Assembly: GCA_964291675.2 (NCBI GenBank) | Contig: OZ219866.1 | Location: 2,752,001-2,816,000 of the forward strand | Direction: 5' to 3' | DNA: 64,000 bases | From: Alphaproteobacteria bacterium | GTDB taxonomy: Bacteria > Pseudomonadota > Alphaproteobacteria > MPNO01 | Part shown: in pieces, positions 34,868 through 43,700 of the stretch | How positions within the stretch are numbered: the stretch's first letter is position 1 | Layout: every line of letters starts with the position of its first letter | The notes under the pieces: generated by a model | The model's database searches: none | Told to the model about the DNA's origin: nothing | Seen by the model: only the letters and a program-made list of their open reading frames with translations | Made by a program: the position numbers and the translations under genes

Positions 34868-35263
34868 ATGGCGACTCGAAGGACTCGAAATCCCAATTCG
34901 GGGGAAACGGTCGAGGCGAAAGCAGTCGATATCGAGACTAGCGAAGATCGATCCGGCTTCGACATATCTCCACTCATTCTGCGGGAGATTGCACTGGATA
35001 GTGGAGTCTTGCGCCGGAATGCGCCGTTCGTCGTGAAACCCTACGTCTCGGAATCACATGAGTGTTATCGGGCGGAAGTAGAAGAGCTCGGACTCTCGAT
35101 TTCAGCGTATACCAGGCAAGAATTGGTGGAAGCGATTCAAGACATGATAGCCGTTCTTTGGCAAGAGTATGCCATGGAAGACGATGAAAATCTGACGGAG
35201 AGCGCCGCCGCTCTGAAGCGACGCTTATTGGAAGATTTCCGGATCGTGGACAATGCAACTTGA
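34868..35263 (+). CDS. HicB-like antitoxin
   Basis: YRAEVEELGLSISAYTRQELVEAIQDMIAVLWQEY; low GC; overlaps the next ORF. Confidence 0.6.
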   Translation: MATRRTRNPNSGETVEAKAVDIETSEDRSGFDISPLILREIALDSGVLRRNAPFVVKPYVSESHECYRAEVEELGLSISAYTRQELVEAIQDMIAVLWQEYAMEDDENLTESAAALKRRLLEDFRIVDNAT

Positions 35264-35534
35264 ACGACGGGAAGTGTTGCATAGTCTAGAACACAAGGGA
35301 TTTGGAAGAATAGAGGGCAAAAGGCACACAATACTGATTTACTACAACAAGGACGGAAAGAAGACCGGCATTAAAACTATTGTAAGTCGAGGCACCGGAT
35401 ATAAATATCTCGGCAATGACTTGGTGGGTGCCATGGCAAGGCAATGCGATCTTACAACATCCCAATTTGTAGCGCTTGTCGATTGTTCGATGTCACGCGA
35501 CGACTACGACGATCTATTGGGCGGCGACCGATAG
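35253..35534 (+). CDS. HicA-like toxin (dsRBD-fold mRNA interferase)
   Basis: LEHKGF...GKRH..YY..DGKKT..TIVS..G...LVGAMARQC.L..QF; 93 aa. Confidence 0.6.
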   Translation: MQLERREVLHSLEHKGFGRIEGKRHTILIYYNKDGKKTGIKTIVSRGTGYKYLGNDLVGAMARQCDLTTSQFVALVDCSMSRDDYDDLLGGDR

Positions 35535-35618
35535 TCGACCGGGGGTGGTGCATAGCTTCGGTGCGCTGGCAGGGCGATCGGTGAGCAGGCGCCGACCTTC
35601 TCCATGTCGCCTCCCCGC

Positions 35619-35735
35619 ATCCGCCCCTCCTCGACCCCATGGCAGGCGACCGCCGCGCCGCCGGCGGGCGTGAGCTCCGGGCGTTCCGGGCGGCGGCGGT
35701 TCTCCGGGCACGGGCAGCGCGGGTGGAAGGCGCAG
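35619..35735 (-). pseudogene. degenerate copy of the 3' end of the dppF-like gene (41748-41864)
   Basis: 117-bp ungapped match with 13 mismatches by hand count; encodes CAFHPRC...ERPEL.PAGGA.VACH.VEEGR. Confidence 0.9.
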
Positions 35736-35827
35736 ACCGTCGGCCGCCCGTCCGGTACCCGGCATCGCGGGCTCGACGGGGTGGGAACCATAGCGCTCAG
35801 CGGGGCTGATGGACGAGGGAGCGAGGC

Positions 35828-36760
35828 TCAGCCCAGCTGGCGCCCCATCCACCTTATCTCTCCGACGATCCGGGCCCCGTTCGGCCAGGGCTCGTCGGGC
35901 CAGTCGGGATGATCGCATACCATGAGGCGCCGTCCCTCTTCGTCGGTAGTGATGCGCCTGAATAACGTGTCGTCGCCGAATTTCACGACCTTGATGCCAG
36001 CCGGATCCAAGTCCGTGTTCGTACCATCGACCACGGTCACGCACCCGTTCGGAAGCGTCGGCTCCATCGATTCGTCCCGAATCGGGACGAGGGTCCAGCG
36101 CGCAGGGTCGAGACCATCCGCCTCCAGCCGGTGTGCCAGGAGTTTCCGGAATTTCGGCAGCCGTTTCACAGGGTCGTCTTCGAGAATAGACGCCTCAAGC
36201 GGGTCGTCCCCCCGGAGAGAAGGCATGATGGCGCGGAGCAGCTGCGCTTCCGCGGTAGCAGCCAGATCTTCGGCCGATGGTTCGCTCGCCGACCCGCCAA
36301 TGGGCGCGCGCCGAAGGTCTCCCGTCATGGCGCGAAGACCGGTGTCGAAGTCGACTTCATCTACCTTTGGCCCCATGGCAGGCGGGTCCTCCTGGGCGGC
36401 CTGCGGTTCGGTGGGTCGTCGGGCGAGGAGGACCGGCCAGAGGTCTTCGGGGATCGGGTCGCCGTCGGCGTCTACGGTGATTCGGACCAGGTCCCGCGCC
36501 GATCGCTCCAGAGAGCGGAGAGGGACATCGGGCAGCGCGCCCCCGTCCTCGGCCCGGCGCCACCGCGGCGGTCCGACATAGAACTCCAGGCCGAGCACGT
36601 CGCAGAGTGAGCGCAGCCGTTCCACCGAGGGAACATGGCCGCGCCGCATGTCCCGGATCAGCTCGGGCGCGCCTAGCGCCCGTATCGAGGCTGCCCGGGC
36701 CGAGATCCCCCGGCGTTCGAGCGCGGCGTCGATCTCTCGCAGAATGTCTTCCACGCGCAA
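35828..36760 (-). CDS. CI-like repressor: N-terminal HTH plus degenerate S24 peptidase domain
   Basis: ISARAASIRALG.PELIRDMRRGHVPSVERLRSLCDVLGL; C-terminal DESMEPTLPNG..VVD...TLFRRI...IVGEIRW. Confidence 0.85.
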   Translation of the reverse strand: MRVEDILREIDAALERRGISARAASIRALGAPELIRDMRRGHVPSVERLRSLCDVLGLEFYVGPPRWRRAEDGGALPDVPLRSLERSARDLVRITVDADGDPIPEDLWPVLLARRPTEPQAAQEDPPAMGPKVDEVDFDTGLRAMTGDLRRAPIGGSASEPSAEDLAATAEAQLLRAIMPSLRGDDPLEASILEDDPVKRLPKFRKLLAHRLEADGLDPARWTLVPIRDESMEPTLPNGCVTVVDGTNTDLDPAGIKVVKFGDDTLFRRITTDEEGRRLMVCDHPDWPDEPWPNGARIVGEIRWMGRQLG

Positions 36761-36881
36761 GGGATATATCCCTCGCCTGCGGAAGACAACCCTATGAACC
36801 GGCGAACAAATCCGAGAGAGAAAGGATGATATGCCAGATATGTGATATTTCTCTTGATATAAGGTATATTTTCCTCATAAG
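36760..36881. promoter_or_regulatory. divergent AT-rich control region with three 14-bp operator-like sites
   Basis: AGGGATATATCCCT (36760-36773, perfect palindrome), TGTGATATTTCTCT (36841-36854), AGGTATATTTTCCT (36862-36875); TTGATA-N16-CATAAG in front of cro. Confidence 0.65.
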
Positions 36882-36890
36882 CTCCGCGCC

Positions 36891-37184
36891 ATGAATGAAT
36901 CGTCCTTGGTCCGTCTGGCAGAGCGGTTCGCTGCGGCGCGCGGAATAAGCCTGTCACGCGTCGCATATCTGGCAGTCGACGACGGCAAGTTCTTCAGCCG
37001 TCTCCAGGCCGGGCGGACCTGCACCCTCCGCTCGGCGCGGAACGTCATCGAGTATCTCAGCCGCAACTGGCCTGACGACTCCGCCGAATGGCCCGGCGAC
37101 ATCCCGCGTCCCGCGCCGCGACCCGACGGCGAAAGCGGGGCGGCAACCCTCTCCCGGGAGCCGGCTTCCTCGCCGCTTACCTGA
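36891..37184 (+). CDS. Cro-like small HTH protein (alphaproteobacterial phage type)
   Basis: GISLSRVAYLAVDDGKFFSRLQAGRTCT...W..WPGDIPRP; divergent from the CI-like gene. Confidence 0.75.
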   Translation: MNESSLVRLAERFAAARGISLSRVAYLAVDDGKFFSRLQAGRTCTLRSARNVIEYLSRNWPDDSAEWPGDIPRPAPRPDGESGAATLSREPASSPLT

Positions 37185-37232
37185 ATTCGAGATCGCAGAC
37201 GCCGACAGTCATCAAACCGGTTCGAGGTTGCC

Positions 37233-40200
37233 ATGTACATCGCCGATCCGATCGAAACCGCGAAAATCGCTCCAGAACGCCCCCACCCGCTCGAACGGTT
37301 CCACGGTTCTCCCGCTGGGACCGCTGCCAGGTGCCGAACTGGCGGGGCGGTGGCGGCCGCCCTGGCGGCGGGACTTCTTGTCCTGGCCGACGCTCCCCTG
37401 TCCCCGGCCCCGGCCGCGGTGACCTGCGACGACGCGTGGACCCGGGGAACCCTCGACGCGAGCGGCCGATGGACGACGGGCGCGGGCAACGACTACCGGA
37501 TAGGATGCACTGCAGATACCGACGGCGATGCGATGACAGCCGCCGATGGTCCGGATGATATTCCGGCCAACGCCGACACGCTGGTCATCGACGTGTCCCA
37601 TCCCAACATCGATCGCGTCGTGCAGATAATCCCGGACGCCGAGGGCGGCCGGCTGGCGCTGACCGGCAATCTCGCATCCGATGCGGGGAGCAACGTCTTC
37701 ATCCGTATCGACGGCTTCACGGCCGGATACGAAGCCGCCGATGCCGTGCTCGAATCCTTCGCGACCATCGAAGCTTCCGGCGACGGCAACGACGGCATCG
37801 TGCTCAGGAACAACGACGCAAGCCATACCGGCACGATAGAAGCGATCAACCGGGGCACGATTTCCACAACCGGCGACATGTTTGCGTATGGGATGCTTGT
37901 CTTTTCGGAGTCTTCCTCGGCCCGCGCCGTCAACGCCGGCACAATCACGACCGGCGGCACCGCCGGGCGCGGCGTTACCACCCACGTCGAGAGCGGAAGC
38001 GCCGGAACCGCGACCTCGATCAACCGGGGAACGGTCCGCACGTCCGGCGGCGTTTGTCAGACCTGTGGTGGCAATTTCTTCGTACCGTCGGACGGCGTCC
38101 GCGCGTACCACAACGATAACGGCAACGCCGAAGCGTCGAACGCGGCCGGCGGCACCATTGCGGTCGCCGGAATCGGCGGCCGCGGCGTCAGCGCCCACGC
38201 GAATGGCGACGGCAGCGCGGTCGCCGGGAACGCCGGCTCGGTCGTGACCAGGGGCGATGCCTTCGTGTATCCGTCGAACGACGGGTGGATCGGCCCCTAC
38301 GGGGTGCTCGCCTGGTCCGAGCGGGGGAGCGCGACGGCGCGCAGTTCGGCGAGCGGCAGCGTGGAGACCTATGGCGTGCCGGGCTACGGCGTCGTCGCCA
38401 TCTCGAGAGGCAGCGGCACCGCGAGCGTGGAAAACGCGGGCGCGGTCGTCACCCATGCGACCGGCTCGATCGACACCCTGCCCAACAATGTCGGGCTGGA
38501 GATCGGCGCGCGCGGGCTCTTTGCGACCTCGTGGCGCGGCGACGCCAGCGTCGTGAACCAGCGGTCCGGCTCGGTCGAGACCAGGGGCGCGCGCGCCTTC
38601 GGCGCGATTGCCTGGACCAGCAACGACGGCAGCGCCAGATCGGCGACGGCCACGATCCGCAACAGGGGCCGGGTCGCCACCGGCGGCGACAATGCCGATG
38701 CCGTCATCGCCCTGTCCACCAGCCGCGCAACCGCGGACAATCCCAATACCGTGCGCGCCTATAACGAGGACGGCGGCACGATCACGACCACGGGGGATGC
38801 CGCCAGCGGCTTGGGCGCGGCGATTCTGGTGGCCCGCGGCGGCCAGGGTTACGGCAGCGCGTTCGCCCAGAACGCGGGCACGATCGCGACCGAAGGTGCG
38901 CGCGGCGGGGTCACGGGCACCGATATCGCCTTCGGCATCACCGCCAGCTTCTTCAACAACGACGGTGGGCTCATCACCCGCGCCGGCGACGTGGAGGCGC
39001 GCAATACCGGCTCGATCGAGGTCTCGGGCGAAGCGGCGCAGGGTATCCAGGCGCGTACCTTCGGCAGCGGACGGGCCACCGTCGTGGTCGACGGCGGGAG
39101 GGTGGTCGCCACGCACGATTCCGCCACCGACGCCGACGACGGGGTGGGCATCCACGCATCGAGCGGCGCGGCCGGCTCCATCGCGGTGACGCTCGACAAC
39201 CGCGCGCTGGTCCAGGCGCCGCAGGCGATGCTTCTGGGCGACGCACCGGCGACCGTCACGGTCATGAGGAGCTCCGTGGTGCGGGGCCGCATGTCGTTCG
39301 GCGGATCGGCCGACAGCCTCAAGATCGACAACAGCGTCACGGTGGGCGACATCGCCACGGGCGGCGGGGATGACGTCATCCGCGCGTATGGCGCGGTGAC
39401 GATGACCGGCGACATCGACTTCGGCGCCGGGGAGGACGAGCTGATCCTCGACGTGAGCGGAGCGTCCCGCCTGACCGGCAACATCACCAACCTGGAGACG
39501 CTGAACAAGCTGTGCCCGGGCGATTTCACCATCAACGGCGACATCACCTTCGCCGGCAGCTCGGTCGTCGTCTCGGAAGGCGGGCTGGTGCTGACCGGGC
39601 ACATGAATGTCGGCGCGGACGGCACGGTGGAGGTACATGACGGCACGAGGCTGACCGCGCTGCTGACCGCGACCGGCACGCCCAGGATCACTGCCGGCGG
39701 CGGGACGACGGTGCGCGACGGCGGCGCGGTCGTCGTCGAGGCGGCGGCGGACGCCCGACCGGTCGAGGCGGCAGAGGCGGTGGCGACCTTCCTGGAGGGC
39801 GCGAACGTGCAGGGCGGGGAGGCGCTGCCGGTCCAGACCCGCGACAGCGGCGGTTCGCTGACCCGGCTCGCGTCGTTCGACCCGGCGACCGGGACGGCGA
39901 CGGTCATGCAGGGCGCTTCCGTCGGCGCCAGGCCGGCGGAACGGTTCCCCGAGCAACCGGGTGTCTCTCCCACACCGACCCCCGATCCAGAGCCGACTCC
40001 GCCCGCGCCGACTCCGCCCGTCAGCGGCGGCGGCGGCGGCGGGGACGACAACACCGCCCTGCTCATCGGCGGCGGCGCGATTCTGGCGGCGTTGTTCGCC
40101 GTGCTGGACTGGGATACCGAGGCGCCGGCCTCGTCCGCCTCGCTGAACCCGGCACTCGTCCAGCCCCTCGATCGTTCGTCGCGCTACTGGGTGCGCAGCC

Positions 40201-40991
40201 TGTCGCGGGTCATGCCCGAGAGCGGCGCCGGAGCGGCTTCGGGCACCGAGATCGGCATGGATTTCGCGCTCGGCGACGGCTTCGTCCTCGGATTCGCTGC
40301 CGCGCCCGACGCCGCCCTGGAGCGGGCGGGCGCGGGTGCCCATGCGACGGCGCTGTCGGGCGGCCGCTACGCCCTCAAGGGGGGCTGGCAAAGCGAGACC
40401 CTGTTCGGCGCGCTCAGCCTGTCGCAGGCACGCTGGCGGGTGGCGAGCGCCTATCGGAACCCGACGCTTGGCGGCGGTCTTCGCAGCCGCTACGAGGCGG
40501 CCCAGAGCGACGTGAAGCTCGGCCTCGGCGCGCGCCTCGACCTCGGGGCGGGGCTCACCCTCACCCCGCTCGCGGGCGCGTTCGCCGGCGAGCTGAGGCA
40601 TGAGAGCCATACGGCGGAAGGCCCGGTATTCCGCGCCGCGATGCCGGAGGTCGTCCAGCGCTATGGCGGCTGGAGGATGGGGCTCGACCTTGCGTCCGAC
40701 TGGCAGGACGGGCCGGGGGATCTGAAGCTGCGCCCCTCGCTCAAGCTCGGCGCGGCGCGCATTTGGACGGATTCGCCCGAATTCGCGCTCCGGCAGTCGG
40801 ATCGCCTGGGGATCGTCTCCACCGCCAGCCGGGCCCGTCTGCCCGGTGCGCCCGGGACCGTGCTCGGCCTCGGCACGGGCCTCGATGCCGTCGGCCCCCA
40901 CGGGCTCAGCCTGGGGCTCAGGTATGGCGGTCTGGCGATGGACGGCAAGCTCGTCCACGCCGCCTTCGCCAGGGCGAAGCTCTCCTTCTGA
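37233..40991 (+). CDS. autotransporter (type Va-like) with beta-helical passenger
   Basis: GAGG RBS; signal-like hydrophobic stretch; many NxGxIxT repeats; Pro/Gly linker; amphipathic beta-strand C-terminal domain ending in Phe (AKLSF). Confidence 0.85.
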   Translation: MYIADPIETAKIAPERPHPLERFHGSPAGTAARCRTGGAVAAALAAGLLVLADAPLSPAPAAVTCDDAWTRGTLDASGRWTTGAGNDYRIGCTADTDGDAMTAADGPDDIPANADTLVIDVSHPNIDRVVQIIPDAEGGRLALTGNLASDAGSNVFIRIDGFTAGYEAADAVLESFATIEASGDGNDGIVLRNNDASHTGTIEAINRGTISTTGDMFAYGMLVFSESSSARAVNAGTITTGGTAGRGVTTHVESGSAGTATSINRGTVRTSGGVCQTCGGNFFVPSDGVRAYHNDNGNAEASNAAGGTIAVAGIGGRGVSAHANGDGSAVAGNAGSVVTRGDAFVYPSNDGWIGPYGVLAWSERGSATARSSASGSVETYGVPGYGVVAISRGSGTASVENAGAVVTHATGSIDTLPNNVGLEIGARGLFATSWRGDASVVNQRSGSVETRGARAFGAIAWTSNDGSARSATATIRNRGRVATGGDNADAVIALSTSRATADNPNTVRAYNEDGGTITTTGDAASGLGAAILVARGGQGYGSAFAQNAGTIATEGARGGVTGTDIAFGITASFFNNDGGLITRAGDVEARNTGSIEVSGEAAQGIQARTFGSGRATVVVDGGRVVATHDSATDADDGVGIHASSGAAGSIAVTLDNRALVQAPQAMLLGDAPATVTVMRSSVVRGRMSFGGSADSLKIDNSVTVGDIATGGGDDVIRAYGAVTMTGDIDFGAGEDELILDVSGASRLTGNITNLETLNKLCPGDFTINGDITFAGSSVVVSEGGLVLTGHMNVGADGTVEVHDGTRLTALLTATGTPRITAGGGTTVRDGGAVVVEAAADARPVEAAEAVATFLEGANVQGGEALPVQTRDSGGSLTRLASFDPATGTATVMQGASVGARPAERFPEQPGVSPTPTPDPEPTPPAPTPPVSGGGGGGDDNTALLIGGGAILAALFAVLDWDTEAPASSASLNPALVQPLDRSSRYWVRSLSRVMPESGAGAASGTEIGMDFALGDGFVLGFAAAPDAALERAGAGAHATALSGGRYALKGGWQSETLFGALSLSQARWRVASAYRNPTLGGGLRSRYEAAQSDVKLGLGARLDLGAGLTLTPLAGAFAGELRHESHTAEGPVFRAAMPEVVQRYGGWRMGLDLASDWQDGPGDLKLRPSLKLGAARIWTDSPEFALRQSDRLGIVSTASRARLPGAPGTVLGLGTGLDAVGPHGLSLGLRYGGLAMDGKLVHAAFARAKLSF

Positions 40992-41006
40992 AGCCGCTTC
41001 CCGCCC

Positions 41007-41718
41007 ATGGATGGCCGGATCGAGTCCGGCCATGACGAAGGGGGGGTTCGGCACGTCCCCCACTCCGTCATGGCCGGACTCGATCCACTGGTGTCCGGTT
41101 TAGATGAGCTGGACCGGGCGCAAAGCCTTGTTCCGGGCGGGATATCGGCGCATCCGCCGGATCGGGACACGGATCGCCGCACGCCCGCACTTGCCGTCCG
41201 TGCCCCTCCGTTGTCACCCCGGCCTCGTTCCGGGCACCCACGGGCGGGGCGGGCCGCACCCGGCTCCCGTACTCCTCCACCGCCACCCCCACCCCGTCAT
41301 GGCCGGACTTGATCCGGCCACCCATGCGCGGACTTGATCCGCGCAACCACTAGCGCCACCGGTACAACGCCCCGTCGGGAGGAGCGGCGGCGCCAGTGGA
41401 TGCCCGGATCACCCCCGGACTTGATCCGGGGGCCGGGGCATGACGATGGGGGGAGGCATGGTGATGGGGCGGGAAACGCCGGGCGCGACGCGCGTCGAAG
41501 GCTAAACCGGACAGCAGTGGACTTGATCCGGCCATCCATGCGGCGTCCCCGCTTGCGAGGCGGCCGGCGGGAAGGGGCGGCGGCGCCAGTGGATGCCCGG
41601 ATCAAGTCCGGGCATGACGATGGGGGGAGGCATGGCGATGGGGCGGGAAACGCCGGGCGCGACGCGCGTTGAAGGCTAAACCGGACAGCAGTGGACTTGA
41701 TCCGGCCATCCATGCGGC
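41007..41718. repeat. complex cluster of family B REPs with nested insertions and a tandem duplication
   Basis: At least 7 GTCATGxCCGG/GGACTTGATCC units; units 41384-41544 and 41577-41718 are near-identical. Confidence 0.9.
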
Positions 41719-41740
41719 CTCTCGGCCCGTAAGGCCGGGC

Positions 41741-42721
41741 TCAGGCGATCCGCCCCTCCTCGACCGCGTGGCAGGCGACCTCCGCGCCGCCGGCGGGCCT
41801 GAGCTCCGGGCGTTCCCGGCGGCAGCGCTCGTCGGCGTGCGGGCAGCGCGGGTGGAAGGCGCAGCCCGGGGGCGGGTCGATCGGGCTCGGCACCTCGCCG
41901 GCGACGGGTTCGCGCTCGCGTCGGCTCATCGAAAGGTCGGGGATGGTGTCGAGCAGCAGCCGCGTATAGGGGTGGCGCGGGCGGCCGAACAGGGTCGCGG
42001 TGTCGGCGAGCTCGCAGATCCGCCCGAGATACATCACCGCGACCCGCGACGAGACGTGATAGACCACCGCGAGGTCGTGCGAGATCAACAGATAGGTGAG
42101 CCCGAGCGCGCGTTGCAGCGCCTTCATCAGGTTGAGGATCTGCGCCTGCACCGAGACGTCGAGCGCCGAGGTCGGCTCGTCGCAGACGATGAACTCCGGC
42201 TCGCCCGCCAGCGCCCGGGCGATCGAGATGCGCTGGCGCTGCCCGCCGGAGAACTCGTGCGGGTATTTCTCGCCGTCGACCGGCGAGAGGCCCACGCGGG
42301 TCAGCAGCCCGGCCACCCGTTCCTCCACCGCCGCGCGGTCGGGCAGCAGCCGGTTGTGGCGGATCGGCTCGGCCACGATGTCGCGCACCCGCCAGCGCGG
42401 GTTGAGCGAGGCGTAGGGGTCCTGGAAGATCATCTGCATGCGCCGCCGCGCCGGCGATGCCGGGCCGAGCTCGGCGCCGGCATAGCGGATCGAACCGGCG
42501 CCCGGCGCGTGCAGGCCGACGATCAGCCGAGCGACGGTCGACTTGCCGCAGCCCGACTCGCCCACGAGCGCGAAGGTCTCGCCGCGCCGGATCGCGAAAT
42601 CGACCCCGTCCACGGCCTTCACGATGCGCCGCCCGCCGCCCTCGACGGCGCGGTTGAGCCAGGGCGGGGAGACGTCGAAATGGCGCTTGAGCCCGGCGAT
42701 TTCGACCAGCGGATCAGCCAT
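41741..42721 (-). CDS. peptide ABC transporter ATP-binding protein (DppF/OppF)
   Basis: GESGCGKS, FSGGQRQR, CDEPTSALD, HPYT, CAFHPRC. Confidence 0.95.
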   Translation of the reverse strand: MADPLVEIAGLKRHFDVSPPWLNRAVEGGGRRIVKAVDGVDFAIRRGETFALVGESGCGKSTVARLIVGLHAPGAGSIRYAGAELGPASPARRRMQMIFQDPYASLNPRWRVRDIVAEPIRHNRLLPDRAAVEERVAGLLTRVGLSPVDGEKYPHEFSGGQRQRISIARALAGEPEFIVCDEPTSALDVSVQAQILNLMKALQRALGLTYLLISHDLAVVYHVSSRVAVMYLGRICELADTATLFGRPRHPYTRLLLDTIPDLSMSRREREPVAGEVPSPIDPPPGCAFHPRCPHADERCRRERPELRPAGGAEVACHAVEEGRIA

Positions 42722-43700
42722 GTGCCGGCATCCCGTTGTCGCGATAGAGCCGGCAGGCGACCTCGGATTCGCCGATCGGCGCGAGCCCGGGCCGGTCGCG
42801 GTCGCACCCCGCCACCGCCTTCGGGCAGCGCGGGTGGAAGGCGCAGCCGGCGGGGATCTCGTGCAGCCGCGGCATCGCGCCCGCGATCTGCGCCAGGCTG
42901 TCGACGTCGCGCCCGACCGCCGGGATCGCCGCCATCAGCCCCTCGGTATAGGGGTGGAGCGGCGATTCGAGCACCCGGCGCACCGGCCCGATCTCGGCGA
43001 TCCGCCCGGCATACATCACCGCGACCCGGTCGGCGGTCTCGGCGATCACCCCCATGTCGTGGGTGATCAGCAGCACGGATGCGCCGCGCTCGGCGCTGAG
43101 GCGCTTGAGCAGGCGGATGATCTGCGCCTGGATCGACACATCGAGCGCCGTGGTCGGCTCGTCGGCGATGATCAGCTCGGGCTCGGCGGCGAGCGCGAGC
43201 GCGATCACCACGCGCTGGCGCATGCCGCCGGAGAACTGGTGCGGGTAGTGGTCGATGCGCTCGGCGGCCGCCGGGATGCCGACCTCGCCCAACAGCTCCA
43301 GCGCGCGCCGCCGGGCCGCGCGCACGCCGATGTCGAGATGGGCGAGGATGGTCTCGACGAGCTGTTCGCCCACCGTGTAGAGCGGGTTGAGGCTGGTCAG
43401 CGGGTCCTGGAAGATCGCCCCGATGCGCCGCCCCCGGATGCGCCGGATCTCGTCCGGCGGCAGGCCGTCGATGCGCTCCCCGGCGAGGCGGACCGAGCCC
43501 GCGGCGATGCGCCCCGGCGGCTCCAGCAGGCCGATGATCGCGTTGCCGGTGAGCGACTTGCCGGCGCCCGATTCGCCGACCATGCCGAGCACCTCGCCCT
43601 TGGCGATGGCAAACGACACCCCGTCGACGGCGACCAGCGTGCCGCGGCGGGTCGGGAACTCGACCCTGAGCCCGTCGACCTCAAGCAGCTTCGGGCTCAC
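42714..43700 (-). CDS. peptide ABC transporter ATP-binding protein (DppD/OppD)
   Basis: GESGAGKS, FSGGMRQR, ADEPTTALD. Confidence 0.95.
   Translation of the reverse strand: MSPKLLEVDGLRVEFPTRRGTLVAVDGVSFAIAKGEVLGMVGESGAGKSLTGNAIIGLLEPPGRIAAGSVRLAGERIDGLPPDEIRRIRGRRIGAIFQDPLTSLNPLYTVGEQLVETILAHLDIGVRAARRRALELLGEVGIPAAAERIDHYPHQFSGGMRQRVVIALALAAEPELIIADEPTTALDVSIQAQIIRLLKRLSAERGASVLLITHDMGVIAETADRVAVMYAGRIAEIGPVRRVLESPLHPYTEGLMAAIPAVGRDVDSLAQIAGAMPRLHEIPAGCAFHPRCPKAVAGCDRDRPGLAPIGESEVACRLYRDNGMPAHG

Noticed and set aside
35535-35605. Degenerate copy of the UbiD 3' end after the hicA-like gene
   Set aside because: Only scattered 5-7 bp matches, not distinguishable from chance.
35828-41000. Prophage
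   Set aside because: Only the cI/cro pair is phage-like; no integrase, terminase, capsid, tail or lysis genes.
41007-41718. Possible CRISPR array
   Set aside because: Repeats alternate in orientation, spacing is irregular, spacers are themselves duplicated and there are no cas genes; it is a REP cluster.
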